Positions 1 to 15,000 of a stretch of DNA of 64,000 nt are shown here, one piece after another. Under the pieces are notes generated by a model that worked only from the letters and a program-made list of their open reading frames with translations, made no database searches and was not told the origin of the DNA. Numbering within the stretch: the first letter of the stretch is position 1; every line of letters starts with the position of its first letter. The stretch is from Paramoeba atlantica. Taxonomy: Eukaryota; Protista; Discosea. The stretch is from positions 589,231 to 653,230 of the forward strand of contig CDRNVI010000026.1 in NCBI GenBank assembly GCA_977017575.1, in the 5' to 3' direction. Made by a program: the position numbers and the translations under genes.

Positions 1-3000
1 CAAAGGTCTTCAAAAAAACAAAGGTCTTCAAAAAAACAAAGGTCTTCAAAAAAACAAAGGTCTTCAAAAAAACAAAGGTCTTCAAAAAAACAAAGGTCTT
101 CAAAAAAACAAAGGTCTTCAAAAAAACAAAGGTCTTCAAAAAAACATAGGTCTTCAAAAAAACAAAGGTCATCAAAAAAACAAAGGTCTTCAAAAAAACA
201 AAGGTCTTCAAAAAAAAAAAGGTCTTCAAAAAAACAAAGGTCTTCAAAAAAACAAAGGTCTTCAAAAAAACAAAGGTCTTCAAAAAAACAAAGGTCTTCA
301 AAAAAACAAAGGTCTTCAAAAAAACAAAGGTCTTCAAAAAAACAAAGGTCTTCAAAAACAAAGGTCTTCAAAAAAACAAAGGTCTTCAAAAAAACAAAGG
401 TCTTCAAAAAAAGAAAGGTCTTCAAAAAAAACAAAGGTCTTCAAAAACAAAGGTCTTCAAAAAAACAAAGGTCTTCAAAAAGTCAAAAGGTCTTCAAAAA
501 AAAAGGTCTTCAAAAAAACAAAGGTCTTCAAAAAAACAAAGGTCTTCAAAAAAACAAAAGGTCTTCAAAAAAAGAAAGGTCTTCAAAAAAACAAAGGTCT
601 TCAAAAAAACAAAGGTCTTCGAAAAAACAAAGGTCTTCAAAAAAACAAAGGTCTTCAAAAAAACAAAGGTCTTCAAAAAAACAAAGGTCTTCAAAAAAAC
701 AAAGGTCTTCAAAAAAACAAAGGTCTTCAAAAACAAAGGTCTTCAAAAAAACAAAGGTCTTCAAAAAAACCAAGGTCTTCAAAAAAAGAAAGGTCTTCAA
801 AAAAAACAAAGGTCTTCAAAAACAAACGTCTTCAAAAAAACAAAGGTCTTCAAAAAGTCAAAAGGTCTTCAAAAAAAAAGGTCTTCAAAAAAACAAAGGT
901 CTTCAAAAAAACAAAGGTCTTCAAAAAAACAAAAGGTCTCCAAAAAAAGAAAGGTCTTCAAAAAAACAAAGGTCTTCAAAAAAACAAAGGTCTGCAAAAA
1001 CAAAGGTCTTCAAAAAAACAAAGGTCTTCAAAAAAACAAAGGTCTTCAAAAAAACAAAAGTCTTCAAAAAAACAAAGGTCTTCAAAAAAACAAAGGTCTT
1101 CAAAAAAACAAAGGTCTTCAAAAAAACAAAGGTCTTCAAAAAAACAAAGGTCTTCAAAAAAACAAAGGTCTTCAAAAAAACAAAGGTCTTCAAAAAAACA
1201 AAGGTCTTCAAAAAAACATAGGTCTTCAAAAAAACAAAGGTCATCAAAAAAACAAAGGTCTTCAAAAAAACAAAGGTCTTCAAAAAAAAAAAGGTCTTCA
1301 AAAAAACAAAGGTCTTCAAAAAAACAAAGGTCTTCAAAAAAACAAAGGTCTTCAAAAAAACAAAGGTCTTCAAAAAAACAAAGGTCTTCAAAAAAACAAA
1401 GGTCTTCAAAAAAACAAAGGTCTTCAAAAACAAAGGTCTTCAAAAAAACAAAGGTCTTCAAAAAAACAAAGGTCTTCAAAAAAAGAAAGGTCTTCAAAAA
1501 AAACAAAGGTCTTCAAAAACAAAGGTCTTCAAAAAAACAAAGGTCTTCAAAAAGTCAAAAGGTCTTCAAAAAAAAAGGTCTTCAAAAAAACAAAGGTCTT
1601 CTAAAAAACAAAGGTCTTCAAAAAAACAAAAGGTCTTCAAAAAAAGAAAGGTCTTCAAAAAAACAAAGGTCTTCAAAAAAACAAAGGTCTTCGAAAAAAC
1701 AAAGGTCTTCAAAAAAACAAAGGTCTTCAAAAAAACAAAGGTCTTCAAAAAAACAAAGGTCTTCAAAAAAACAAAGGTCTTCAAAAAAACAAAGGTCTTC
1801 AAAAAAACAAAAGGTCTTCAAAAAAAGAAAGGTCTTCAAAAAAACAAAGGTCTTCAAAAAAACAAAGGTCTTCGAAAAAACAAAGGTCTTCAAAAAAACA
1901 AAGGTCTTCAAAAAAACAAAAGTCTTTAAAAAAACAAAGTCTTCAAAAAATCAAAGGTCTTCAAAAAAACAAAGGTCTTCAAAAAAACAAAGGTCTTCAA
2001 AAAAACAAAGGTCTTCAAAAAAACAAAGGTCTTCAAAAAAACAAAGGTCTTCAAAAAAACATAGGTCTTCAAAAAAACAAAGGTCTTCAAAAAAACAAAG
2101 GTCTTCAAAAAAAAAAAGGTCTTCAAAAAAAAAAAGGTCTTCAAAAAAAACAAAGGTCTTCAAAAAGTCAAAAGGTCTTCAAAAAAAAAGGTCTTCAAAA
2201 AAACAAAGGTCTTCAAAAAAACAAAGGTCTTCAAAAAAACAAAAGGTCTTCAAAAAAAGAAAGGTCTTCAAAAAAACAAAGGTCTTCAAAAAAACAAAGG
2301 TCTTCAAAAAAAAAAAGGTCTTCAAAAAAAACAAAGGTCTTCAAAAAAACAAAAGTCTTCAAAAAAACAAAGTCTTCAAAAAATCAAAGGTCTTCAAAAA
2401 AACAAAGGTCTTCAAAAAAACAAAGGTCTTCAAAAAAACAAAGGTCTTCAAAAAAATAAAGGTCTTCAAAAAGACAAAGGTCTTCAAAAAAACAAAGGTC
2501 TTCAAAAAAACAAAGGTCTTCAAAAAAACAAAGGTCTTCAAAAACAAAGGTCTTCAAAAAAACAAAGGTCTTCAAAAAAACAAAGGTCTTCAAAAAAAGA
2601 AAGGTCTTCAAAAAAAACAAAGGTCTTCAAAAACAAAGGTCTTCAAAAAAACAAAGGTCTTCAAAAAGTCAAAAGGTCTTCAAAAAAAAAGGTCTTCAAA
2701 AAAACAAAGGTCTTCAAAAAAACAAAGGTCTTCAAAAAAACAAAAGGTCTTCAAAAAAAGAAAGGTCTTCAAAAAAACCAAGGTCTTCAAAAAAACAAAG
2801 GTCTTCGAAAAAACAAAGGTCTTCAAAAAAACAAAGGTCTTCAAAAAAACAAAGGTCTTCAAAAAAACAAAGGTCTTCAAAAAAAAAAAGGTCTTCAAAA
2901 AAAACAAAGGTCTTCAAAAAAACAAAAGTCTTCAAAAAAACAAAGGTCTTCAAAAAAACAAAGGTCTTCAAAAAAACAAAGGTCTTCAAAAAAACAAAAG

Positions 3001-6000
3001 GTCTTCAAAAAAAGAAAGGTCTTCAAAAAAACAAAGGTCTTCAAAAAAACAAAGGTCTTCGAAAAAACAAAGGTCTTCAAAAAAAAAAAGGTCTTCAAAA
3101 AAAACAAAGGTCTTCAAAAAAACAAAAGTCTTCAAAAAAAGAAAGGTCTTCAAAAAAAGAAAGGTCTTCAAAAAAACAAAGGTCTTCGAAAAAACAAAGG
3201 TCTTCAAAAAAACAAAGGTCTTCAAAAAAAAAAAGGTCTTCAAAAAAAACAAAGGTCTTCAAAAAAACAAAAGTCTTCAAAAAAACAAAGGTCTTCAAAA
3301 AAACAAAGGTCTTCAAAAAAACAAAGGTCTTCAAAAAAACAAAAGGTCTTCAAAAAAAGAAAGGTCTTCAAAAAAACAAAGGTCTTCAAAAAAACAAAGG
3401 TCTTCGAAAAAACAAAGGTCTTCAAAAAAACAAAAGTCTTTAAAAAAACAAAGGTCTTCAAAAAAACAAAGGTCTTCAAAAAAACAAAGGTCTTCAAAAA
3501 AACAAAGGTCTTCAAAAAAACAAAAGGTCTTCAAAAAAAGAAAGGTCTTCAAAAAAACAAAGGTCTTCAAAAAAACAAAAGGTCTTCAAAAAAAGAAAGG
3601 TCTTCAAAAAAACAAAGGTCTTCAAAAAAACAAAGGTCTTCGAAAAAACAAAGGTCTTCAAAAAAACAAAGGTCTTCAAAAAAACAAAAGGTCTTCAAAA
3701 AAAGAAAGGTCTTCAAAAAAAACAAAGGTCTTCAAAAAAACAAAGGTCTTCAAAAAAAGAAAGGTCTTCAAAAAAAACAAAGGTCTTCAAAAACAAAGGT
3801 CTTCAAAAAAACAAAGGTCTTCAAAAAAAAAAAGGTCTTCAAAAAAACAAAGGTCTTCAAAAAAACAAAGGTCTTCAAAAACAAAAGTCTTCAAAAAAAC
3901 AAAGGTCTTCAAAAAAACAAAGGTCTTCAAAAACAAAGGTCTTCAAAAAAACAAAGGTCTTCAAAAAAACAAAGGTCTTCAAAAAAACATAGGTCTTCAA
4001 AAAAACAAAGGTCTTCAAAAACAAAGGTCTTCAAAAAAACAAAGGTCTTCAAAAAAACAAAGGTCTTCAAAAAAAGAAAGGTCTTCAAAAAAAACAAAGG
4101 TCTTCAAAAACAAAGGTCTTCAAAAAAACAAAGGTCATCAAAAAAACAAAGGTCTTCAAAAAAACAAAGGTCTTCAAAAAAACAAAGGTCTTCAAAAACA
4201 AAGGTCTTCAAAAAAACAAAGGTCTTCAAAAAAACAAAGGTCTTCAAAAAAACAAAGGTCTTCAAAAAAACAAAGGTCTTCAAAAAAACAAAGGTCTTCA
4301 AAAAAACAAAGGTCTTCAAAAAAACATAGGTCTTCAAAAAAACAAAGGTCTTCAAAAAAACAAAGGTCTTCAAAAAAACAAAGGTCTTCAAAAAAACAAA
4401 GGTCTTCAAAAACAAAGGTCTTCAAAAAAACAAAGGTCTTCAAAAAAACAAAGGTCTTCAAAAAAACAAAGGTCTTCAAAAACAAAGGTCTTCAAAAAAA
4501 CAAAGGTCTTCAAAAAAACAAAGGTCTTCAAAAAAAGAAAGGTCTTCAAAAAAAACAAAGGTCTTCAAAAACAAAGGTCTTCAAAAAAACAAAGGTCTTC
4601 AAAAAAACAAAGGTCTTCAAAAAAACAAAGGTCTTCAAAAAAACAAAGGTCTTCAAAAACAAAGGTCTTCAAAAAAACAAAGGTCTTCAAAAAAACAAAG
4701 GTCTTCAAAAAAACAAAGGTCTTCAAAAAAACAAAGGTCTTCAAAAAAACAAAGGTCTTCAAAAAAACAAAGGTCTTCAAAAAAACATAGGTCTTCAAAA
4801 AAACAAAGGTCTTCAAAAAAACAAAGGTCTTCAAAAAAACAAAGGTCTTCAAAAAAACAAAGGTCTTCAAAAACAAAGGTCTTCAAAAAAACAAAGGTCT
4901 TCAAAAAAACAAAGGTCTTCAAAAAAAGAAAGGTCTTCAAAAAATCAAAGGTCTTCAAAAAAACAAAGGTCTTCAAAAAAACAAAGGTCTTCAAAAAAAC
5001 AAAGGTCTTCAAAAAAACAAAGGTCTTCAAAAAAACAAAGGTCTTCAAAAAAACAAAGGTCTTCAAAAAAACAAAGGTCTTCAAAAAAACAAAGGTCTTC
5101 AAAAAAACAAAGGTCTTCAAAAAAACAAAGGTCTTCAAAAAAACAAAGGTCCTCAAAAAAACAAAGGTCTTCAAAAAAAACAAAGGTCATCAAAAAAACA
5201 AAGGTCTTCAAAAAAACAAAGGTCTTCGAAAAAACAAAGGTCTTCAAAAAAACAAAGGTCTTCAAAAAAAAAAAGGTCTTCAAAAAAAACAAAGGTCTTC
5301 AAAAAAACAAAAGTCTTCAAAAAAACAAAGTCTTCAAAAAATCAAAGGTCTTCAAAAAAACAAAGGTCTTCAAAAAAACAAAGGTCTTCAAAAAAACAAA
5401 GGTCTTCAAAAAAACAAAGGTCCTCAAAAAAACAAAGGTCTTCAAAAAAAACAAAGGTCATCAAAAAAACAAAGGTCTTCAAAAAAACAAAGGTCTTCAA
5501 AAAAACAAAGGTCTTCAAAAAAACAAAGGTCTTCAAAAAAACAAAGGTCTTCAAAAACAAAGGTCTTCAAAAAAACAAAGGTCTTCAAAAAGTCAAAAGG
5601 TCTTCAAAAAAACAAAAGTCTTCAAAAAAACAAAGTCTTCAAAAAATCAAAGGTCTTCAAAAAAACAAAGGTCTTCAAAAAAACAAAGGTCTTCAAAAAA
5701 ACAAAGGTCTTCAAAAAAACAAAGGTCTTCAAAAAAACAAAGGTCTTCAAAAAAACAAAGGTCTTCAAAAACAAAGGTCTTCAAAAAAACAAAGGTCTTC
5801 AAAAAAACAAAGGTCTTCAAAAAAAGAAAGGTCTTCAAAAAAAACAAACGTCTTCAAAAACAAAGGTCTTCAAAAAAACAAAGGTCTTCAAAAAGTCAAA
5901 AGGTCTTCAAAAAAACAAAGGTCTTCAAAAAAACAAAAGGTCTTCAAAAAAAGAAAGGTCTTCAAAAAAACAAAGGTCTTCAAAAAAACAAAGGTCTTCG

Positions 6001-9000
6001 AAAAAACAAAGGTCTTCAAAAAAACAAAAGTCTTTAAAAAAACAAAGGTCTTCGAAAAAACAAAGGTCTTCAAAAAAACAAAGGTCTTCAAAAAAACAAA
6101 GGTCTTCAAAAAAACAAAGGTCTTCAAAAAAACAAAGGTCTTCGAAAAAACAAAGGTCTTCAAAAAAACAAAGGTCTTCAAAAAAACAAAGGTCTTCAAA
6201 AAAACAAAGGTCTTCAAAAAAACAAAGGTCTTCAAAAAAACAAAGGTCTTCAAAAAAACAAAAGGTCTTCAAAAAAAGAAAGGTCTTCAAAAAAACAAAG
6301 GTCTTCAAAAAAACAAAGGTCTTCGAAAAAACAAAGGTCTTCAAAAAAACAAAGGTCTTCAAAAAAACAAAAGGTCTTCAAAAAAAGAAAGGTCTTCAAA
6401 AAAAACAAAGGTCTTCAAAAAAACAAAGGTCTTCAAAAAAAGAAAGGTCTTCAAAAAAAACAAAGGTCTTCAAAAACAAAGGTCTTCAAAAAAACAAAGG
6501 TCTTCAAAAAAAAAAAGGTCTTCAAAAAAACAAAGGTCTTCAAAAAAACAAAGGTCTTCAAAAACAAAAGTCTTCAAAAAAACAAAGGTCTTCAAAAAAA
6601 CAAAGGTCTTCAAAAACAAAGGTCTTCAAAAAAACAAAGGTCTTCAAAAAAACAAAGGTCTTCAAAAAAACATAGGTCTTCAAAAAAACAAAGGTCTTCA
6701 AAAACAAAGGTCTTCAAAAAAACAAAGGTCTTCAAAAAAACAAAGGTCTTCAAAAAAAGAAAGGTCTTCAAAAAAAACAAAGGTCTTCAAAAACAAAGGT
6801 CTTCAAAAAAACAAAGGTCATCAAAAAAACAAAGGTCTTCAAAAAAACAAAGGTCTTCAAAAAAACAAAGGTCTTCAAAAACAAAGGTCTTCAAAAAAAC
6901 AAAGGTCTTCAAAAAAACAAAGGTCTTCAAAAAAACAAAGGTCTTCAAAAAAACAAAGGTCTTCAAAAAAACAAAGGTCTTCAAAAAAACAAAGGTCTTC
7001 AAAAAAACATAGGTCTTCAAAAAAACAAAGGTCTTCAAAAAAACAAAGGTCTTCAAAAAAACAAAGGTCTTCAAAAAAACAAAGGTCTTCAAAAACAAAG
7101 GTCTTCAAAAAAACAAAGGTCTTCAAAAAAACAAAGGTCTTCAAAAAAACAAAGGTCTTCAAAAACAAAGGTCTTCAAAAAAACAAAGGTCTTCAAAAAA
7201 ACAAAGGTCTTCAAAAAAAGAAAGGTCTTCAAAAAAAACAAAGGTCTTCAAAAACAAAGGTCTTCAAAAAAACAAAGGTCTTCAAAAAAACAAAGGTCTT
7301 CAAAAAAACAAAGGTCTTCAAAAAAACAAAGGTCTTCAAAAACAAAGGTCTTCAAAAAAACAAAGGTCTTCAAAAAAACAAAGGTCTTCAAAAAAACAAA
7401 GGTCTTCAAAAAAACAAAGGTCTTCAAAAAAACAAAGGTCTTCAAAAAAACAAAGGTCTTCAAAAAAACATAGGTCTTCAAAAAAACAAAGGTCTTCAAA
7501 AAAACAAAGGTCTTCAAAAAAACAAAGGTCTTCAAAAAAACAAAGGTCTTCAAAAACAAAGGTCTTCAAAAAAACAAAGGTCTTCAAAAAAACAAAGGTC
7601 TTCAAAAAAAGAAAGGTCTTCAAAAAATCAAAGGTCTTCAAAAAAACAAAGGTCTTCAAAAAAACAAAGGTCTTCAAAAAAACAAAGGTCTTCAAAAAAA
7701 CAAAGGTCTTCAAAAAAACAAAGGTCTTCAAAAAAACAAAGGTCTTCAAAAAAACAAAGGTCTTCAAAAAAACAAAGGTCTTCAAAAAAACAAAGGTCTT
7801 CAAAAAAACAAAGGTCTTCAAAAAAACAAAGGTCCTCAAAAAAACAAAGGTCTTCAAAAAAAACAAAGGTCATCAAAAAAACAAAGGTCTTCAAAAAAAC
7901 AAAGGTCTTCGAAAAAACAAAGGTCTTCAAAAAAACAAAGGTCTTCAAAAAAAAAAAGGTCTTCAAAAAAAACAAAGGTCTTCAAAAAAACAAAAGTCTT
8001 CAAAAAAACAAAGTCTTCAAAAAATCAAAGGTCTTCAAAAAAACAAAGGTCTTCAAAAAAACAAAGGTCTTCAAAAAAACAAAGGTCTTCAAAAAAACAA
8101 AGGTCCTCAAAAAAACAAAGGTCTTCAAAAAAAACAAAGGTCATCAAAAAAACAAAGGTCTTCAAAAAAACAAAGGTCTTCAAAAAAACAAAGGTCTTCA
8201 AAAAAACAAAGGTCTTCAAAAAAACAAAGGTCTTCAAAAACAAAGGTCTTCAAAAAAACAAAGGTCTTCAAAAAGTCAAAAGGTCTTCAAAAAAACAAAA
8301 GTCTTCAAAAAAACAAAGTCTTCAAAAAATCAAAGGTCTTCAAAAAAACAAAGGTCTTCAAAAAAACAAAGGTCTTCAAAAAAACAAAGGTCTTCAAAAA
8401 AACAAAGGTCTTCAAAAAAACAAAGGTCTTCAAAAAAACAAAGGTCTTCAAAAACAAAGGTCTTCAAAAAAACAAAGGTCTTCAAAAAAACAAAGGTCTT
8501 CAAAAAAAGAAAGGTCTTCAAAAAAAACAAACGTCTTCAAAAACAAAGGTCTTCAAAAAAACAAAGGTCTTCAAAAAGTCAAAAGGTCTTCAAAAAAAAA
8601 GGTCTTCAAAAAAACAAAGGTCTTCAAAAAAACAAAGGTCTTCAAAAAAAGAAAGGTCTTCAAAAAATCAAAGGTCTTCAAAAAAACAAAGGTCTTCAAA
8701 AAAACAAAGGTCTTCAAAAAAACAAAGGTCTTCAAAAAAACAAAGGTCTTCAAAAAAACAAAGGTCTTCAAAAAAACAAAGGTCTTCAAAAAAACAAAGG
8801 TCTTCAAAAAAACAAAGGTCTTCAAAAAAACAAAGGTCTTCAAAAAAACAAAGGTCTTCAAAAAAACAAAGGTCCTCAAAAAAACAAAGGTCTTCAAAAA
8901 AAACAAAGGTCATCAAAAAAACAAAGGTCTTCAAAAAAACAAAGGTCTTCGAAAAAACAAAGGTCTTCAAAAAAACAAAGGTCTTCAAAAAAAAAAAGGT

Positions 9001-12000
9001 CTTCAAAAAAAACAAAGGTCTTCAAAAAAACAAAAGTCTTCAAAAAAACATAGGTCTTCAAAAAAACAAAGGTCTTCAAAAAAACAAAGGTCTTCAAAAA
9101 AACAAAGGTCTTCAAAAAAACAAAGGTCTTCAAAAACAAAGGTCTTCAAAAAAACAAAGGTCTTCAAAAAAACAAAGGTCTTCAAAAAAAGAAAGGTCTT
9201 CAAAAAATCAAAGGTCTTCAAAAAAACAAAGGTCTTCAAAAAAACAAAGGTCTTCAAAAAAACAAAGGTCTTCAAAAAAACAAAGGTCTTCAAAAAAACA
9301 AAGGTCTTCAAAAAAACAAAGGTCTTCAAAAAAACAAAGGTCTTCAAAAAAACAAAGGTCTTCAAAAAAACAAAGGTCTTCAAAAAAACAAAGGTCTTCA
9401 AAAAAACAAAGGTCCTCAAAAAAACAAAGGTCTTCAAAAAAAACAAAGGTCATCAAAAAAACAAAGGTCTTCAAAAAAACAAAGGTCTTCGAAAAAACAA
9501 AGGTCTTCAAAAAAACAAAGGTCTTCAAAAAAAAAAAGGTCTTCAAAAAAAACAAAGGTCTTCAAAAAAACAAAAGTCTTCAAAAAAACAAAGTCTTCAA
9601 AAAATCAAAGGTCTTCAAAAAAACAAAGGTCTTCAAAAAAACAAAGGTCTTCAAAAAAACAAAGGTCTTCAAAAAAACAAAGGTCCTCAAAAAAACAAAG
9701 GTCTTCAAAAAAAACAAAGGTCATCAAAAAAACAAAGGTCTTCAAAAAAACAAAGGTCTTCAAAAAAACAAAGGTCTTCAAAAAAACAAAGGTCTTCAAA
9801 AAAACAAAGGTCTTCAAAAACAAAGGTCTTCAAAAAAACAAAGGTCTTCAAAAAGTCAAAAGGTCTTCAAAAAAACAAAAGTCTTCAAAAAAACAAAGTC
9901 TTCAAAAAATCAAAGGTCTTCAAAAAAACAAAGGTCTTCAAAAAAACAAAGGTCTTCAAAAAAACAAAGGTCTTCAAAAAAACAAAGGTCTTCAAAAAAA
10001 CAAAGGTCTTCAAAAAAACAAAGGTCTTCAAAAACAAAGGTCTTCAAAAAAACAAAGGTCTTCAAAAAAACAAAGGTCTTCAAAAAAAGAAAGGTCTTCA
10101 AAAAAAACAAACGTCTTCAAAAACAAAGGTCTTCAAAAAAACAAAGGTCTTCAAAAAGTCAAAAGGTCTTCAAAAAAAAAGGTCTTCAAAAAAACAAAGG
10201 TCTTCAAAAAAACAAAGGTCTTCAAAAAAAGAAAGGTCTTCAAAAAATCAAAGGTCTTCAAAAAAACAAAGGTCTTCAAAAAAACAAAGGTCTTCAAAAA
10301 AACAAAGGTCTTCAAAAAAACAAAGGTCTTCAAAAAAACAAAGGTCTTCAAAAAAACAAAGGTCTTCAAAAAAACAAAGGTCTTCAAAAAAACAAAGGTC
10401 TTCAAAAAAACAAAGGTCTTCAAAAAAACAAAGGTCTTCAAAAAAACAAAGGTCCTCAAAAAAACAAAGGTCTTCAAAAAAAACAAAGGTCATCAAAAAA
10501 ACAAAGTCTTCAAAAAAACAAAGGTCTTCGAAAAAACAAAGGTCTTCAAAAAAACAAAGGTCTTCAAAAAAAAAAAGGTCTTCAAAAAAAACAAAGGTCT
10601 TCAAAAAAACAAAAGTCTTCAAAAAAACAAAGTCTTCAAAAAATCAAAGGTCTTCAAAAAAACAAAGGTCTTCAAAAAAACAAAGGTCTTCAAAAAAACA
10701 AAGGTCTTCAAAAAAACAAAGGTCCTCAAAAAAACAAAGGTCTTCAAAAAAAACAAAGGTCATCAAAAAAACAAAGGTCTTCAAAAAAACAAAGGTCTTC
10801 AAAAAAACAAAGGTCTTCAAAAAAACAAAGGTCTTCAAAAAAACAAAGGTCTTCAAAAACAAAGGTCTTCAAAAAAACAAAGGTCTTCAAAAAGTCAAAA
10901 GGTCTTCAAAAAAACAAAAGTCTTCAAAAAAACAAAGTCTTCAAAAAATCAAAGGTCTTCAAAAAAACAAAGGTCTTCAAAAAAACAAAGGTCTTCAAAA
11001 AAACAAAGGTCTTCAAAAAAACAAAGGTCTTCAAAAAAACAAAGGTCTTCAAAAAAACAAAGGTCTTCAAAAACAAAGGTCTTCAAAAAAACAAAGGTCT
11101 TCAAAAAAACAAAGGTCTTCAAAAAAAGAAAGGTCTTCAAAAAAAACAAACGTCTTCAAAAACAAAGGTCTTCAAAAAAACAAAGGTCTTCAAAAAGTCA
11201 AAAGGTCTTCAAAAAAAAAGGTCTTCAAAAAAACAAAGGTCTTCAAAAAAACAAAGGTCTTCAAAAAAAGAAAGGTCTTCAAAAAATCAAAGGTCTTCAA
11301 AAAAACAAAGGTCTTCAAAAAAACAAAGGTCTTCAAAAAAACAAAGGTCTTCAAAAAAACAAAGGTCTTCAAAAAAACAAAGGTCTTCAAAAAAACAAAG
11401 GTCTTCAAAAAAACAAAGGTCTTCAAAAAAACAAAGGTCTTCAAAAAAACAAAGGTCTTCAAAAAAACAAAGGTCTTCAAAAAAACAAAGGTCCTCAAAA
11501 AAACAAAGGTCTTCAAAAAAAACAAAGGTCATCAAAAAAACAAAGGTCTTCAAAAAAACAAAGGTCTTCGAAAAAACAAAGGTCTTCAAAAAAACAAAGG
11601 TCTTCAAAAAAAAAAAGGTCTTCAAAAAAAACAAAGGTCTTCAAAAAAACAAAAGTCTTCAAAAAAACAAAGTCTTCAAAAAATCAAAGGTCTTCAAAAA
11701 AACAAAGGTCTTCAAAAAAACAAAGGTCTTCAAAAAAACAAAGGTCTTCAAAAAAACAAAGGTCCTCAAAAAAACAAAGGTCTTCAAAAAAAACAAAGGT
11801 CATCAAAAAAACAAAGGTCTTCAAAAAAACAAAGGTCTTCAAAAAAACAAAGGTCTTCAAAAAAACATAGGTCTTCAAAAAAACAAAGGTCTTCAAAAAA
11901 ACAAAGGTCTTCAAAAAAACAAAGGTCTTCAAAAAAACAAAGGTCTTCAAAAACAAAGGTCTTCAAAAAAACAAAGGTCTTCAAAAAAACAAAGGTCTTC

Positions 12001-15000
12001 AAAAAAAGAAAGGTCTTCAAAAACAAAGGTCTTCAAAAAAACAAAGGTCTTCAAAAAAACAAAGGTCTTCAAAAAAACAAAGGTCTTCAAAAACAAAGGT
12101 CTTCAAAAAAACAAAGGTCTTCAAAAAAACAAAGGTCTTCAAAAAAAGAAAGGTCTTCAAAAAAAACAAAGGTCTTCAAAAACAAAGGTCTTCAAAAAAA
12201 CAAAGGTCTTCAAAAAAACAAAGGTCTTCAAAAAAACAAAGGTCTTCAAAAAAACAAAGGTCTTCAAAAACAAAGGTCTTCAAAAAAACAAAGGTCTTCA
12301 AAAAAACAAAGGTCTTCAAAAAAACAAAGGTCTTCAAAAAAACAAAGGTCTTCAAAAAAACAAAGGTCTTCAAAAAAACAAAGGTCTTCAAAAAAACATA
12401 GGTCTTCAAAAAAACAAAGGTCTTCAAAAAAACAAAGGTCTTCAAAAAAACAAAGGTCTTCAAAAAAACAAAGGTCTTCAAAAACAAAGGTCTTCAAAAA
12501 AACAAAGGTCATCAAAAAAACAAAGGTCTTCAAAAAAACAAAGGTCTTCAAAAAAACAAAGGTCTTCAAAAAAACATAGGTCTTCAAAAAAACAAAGGTC
12601 TTCAAAAAAACAAAGGTCTTCAAAAAAACAAAGGTCTTCAAAAAAACAAAGGTCTTCAAAAACAAAGGTCTTCAAAAAAACAAAGGTCTTCAAAAAAACA
12701 AAGGTCTTCAAAAAAAGAAAGGTCTTCAAAAAAAACAAACGTCTTCAAAAACAAAGGTCTTCAAAAAAACAAAGGTCTTCAAAAAGTCAAAAGGTCTTCA
12801 AAAAAAAAGGTCTTCAAAAAAACAAAGGTCTTCAAAAAAACAAAGGTCTTCAAAAAAAGAAAGGTCTTCAAAAAATCAAAGGTCTTCAAAAAAACAAAGG
12901 TCTTCAAAAAAACAAAGGTCTTCAAAAAAACAAAGGTCTTCAAAAAAACAAAGGTCTTCAAAAAAACAAAGGTCTTCAAAAAAACAAAGGTCTTCAAAAA
13001 AACAAAGGTCTTCAAAAAAACAAAGGTCTTCAAAAAAACAAAGGTCTTCAAAAAAACAAAGGTCTTCAAAAAAACAAAGGTCCTCAAAAAAACAAAGGTC
13101 TTCAAAAAAAACAAAGGTCATCAAAAAAACAAAGGTCTTCAAAAAAACAAAGGTCTTCGAAAAAACAAAGGTCTTCAAAAAAACAAAGGTCTTCAAAAAA
13201 AAAAAGGTCTTCAAAAAAAACAAAGGTCTTCAAAAAAACAAAAGTCTTCAAAAAAACAAAGTCTTCAAAAAATCAAAGGTCTTCAAAAAAACAAAGGTCT
13301 TCAAAAAAACAAAGGTCTTCAAAAAAACAAAGGTCTTCAAAAAAACAAAGGTCCTCAAAAAAACAAAGGTCTTCAAAAAAAACAAAGGTCATCAAAAAAA
13401 CAAAGGTCTTCAAAAAAACAAAGGTCTTCAAAAAAACAAAGGTCTTCAAAAAAACATAGGTCTTCAAAAAAACAAAGGTCTTCAAAAAAACAAAGGTCTT
13501 CAAAAAAACAAAGGTCTTCAAAAAAACAAAGGTCTTCAAAAACAAAGGTCTTCAAAAAAACAAAGGTCTTCAAAAAAACAAAGGTCTTCAAAAAAAGAAA
13601 GGTCTTCAAAAAAAACAAAGGTCTTCAAAAACAAAGGTCTTCAAAAAAACAAAGGTCTTCAAAAAGTCAAAAGGTCTTCAAAAAAAAAGGTCTTCAAAAA
13701 AACAAAGGTCTTCAAAAAAACAAAAGGTCTTCAAAAAAAGAAAGGTCTTCAAAAAAACAAAGGTCTTCAAAAAAACAAAGGTCTTCAAAAAAACAAAGGT
13801 CTTCAAAAAAACAAAGGTCCTCAAAAAAACAAAGGTCTTCAAAAAAAACAAAGGTCATCAAAAAAACAAAGGTCTTCAAAAAAACAAAGGTCTTCAAAAA
13901 AACAAAGGTCTTCAAAAAAACAAAGGTCTTCAAAAAAACAAAGGTCTTCAAAAAAACAAAGGTCTTCAAAAACAAAGGTCTTCAAAAAAACAAAGGTCTT
14001 CAAAAAAACAAAGGTCTTCAAAAAAACAAAGGTCTTCAAAAAAACAAAGGTCTTCAAAAAAACAAAGGTCTTCAAAAAAACAAAGGTCTTCAAAAAAACA
14101 TAGGTCTTCAAAAAAACAAAGGTCTTCAAAAAAACAAAGGTCTTCAAAAAAACAAAGGTCTTCAAAAACAAAGGTCTTCAAAAAAACAAAGGTCTTCAAA
14201 AAAACAAAGGTCTTCAAAGAAAGAAAGGTCTTCAAAAAAAACAAAGGTCTTCAAAAACAAAGGTCTTCAAAAAAACAAAGGTCTTCAAAAAGTCAAAAGG
14301 TCTTCTAAAAAAAAGGTCTTCAAAAAAACAAAGGTCTTCAAAAAAACAAAGGTCTTCAAAAAAACAAAAGGTCTTCAAAAAAAGAAAGGTCTTCAAAAAA
14401 ACAAAGGTCTTCAAAAAAACAAAGGTCTTCAAAAAAAAAAAGGTCTTCAAAAAAAACAAAGGTCTTCAAAAAAACAAAAGTCTTCAAAAAAACAAAGTCT
14501 TCAAAAAATCAAAGGTCTTCAAAAAAACAAAGGTCTTCAAAAAAACAAAGGTCTTCAAAAAAACAAAGGTCTTCAAAAAAATAAAGGTCTTCAAAAAAAC
14601 AAAGGTCTTCAAAAAAACAAAGGTCTTCAAAAAAACAAAGGTCTTCAAAAAAACAAAGGTCTTCAAAAAAACAAAGGTCTTCAAAAACAAAGGTCTTCAA
14701 AAAAACAAAGGTCTTCAAAAAAACAAAGGTCTTCAAAAAAAGAAAGGTCTTCAAAAAAAACAAAGGTCTTCAAAAACAAAGGTCTTCAAAAAAACAAAGG
14801 TCTTCAAAAAGTCAAAAGGTCTTCAAAAAAAAAGGTCTTCAAAAAAACAAAGGTCTTCAAAAAAACAAAGGTCTTCAAAAAAACAAAAGGTCTTCAAAAA
14901 AAGAAAGGTCTTCAAAAAAACAAAGGTCTTCAAAAAAACAAAGGTCTTCGAAAAAACAAAGGTCTTCAAAAAAACAAAGGTCTTCAAAAAAACAAAGGTC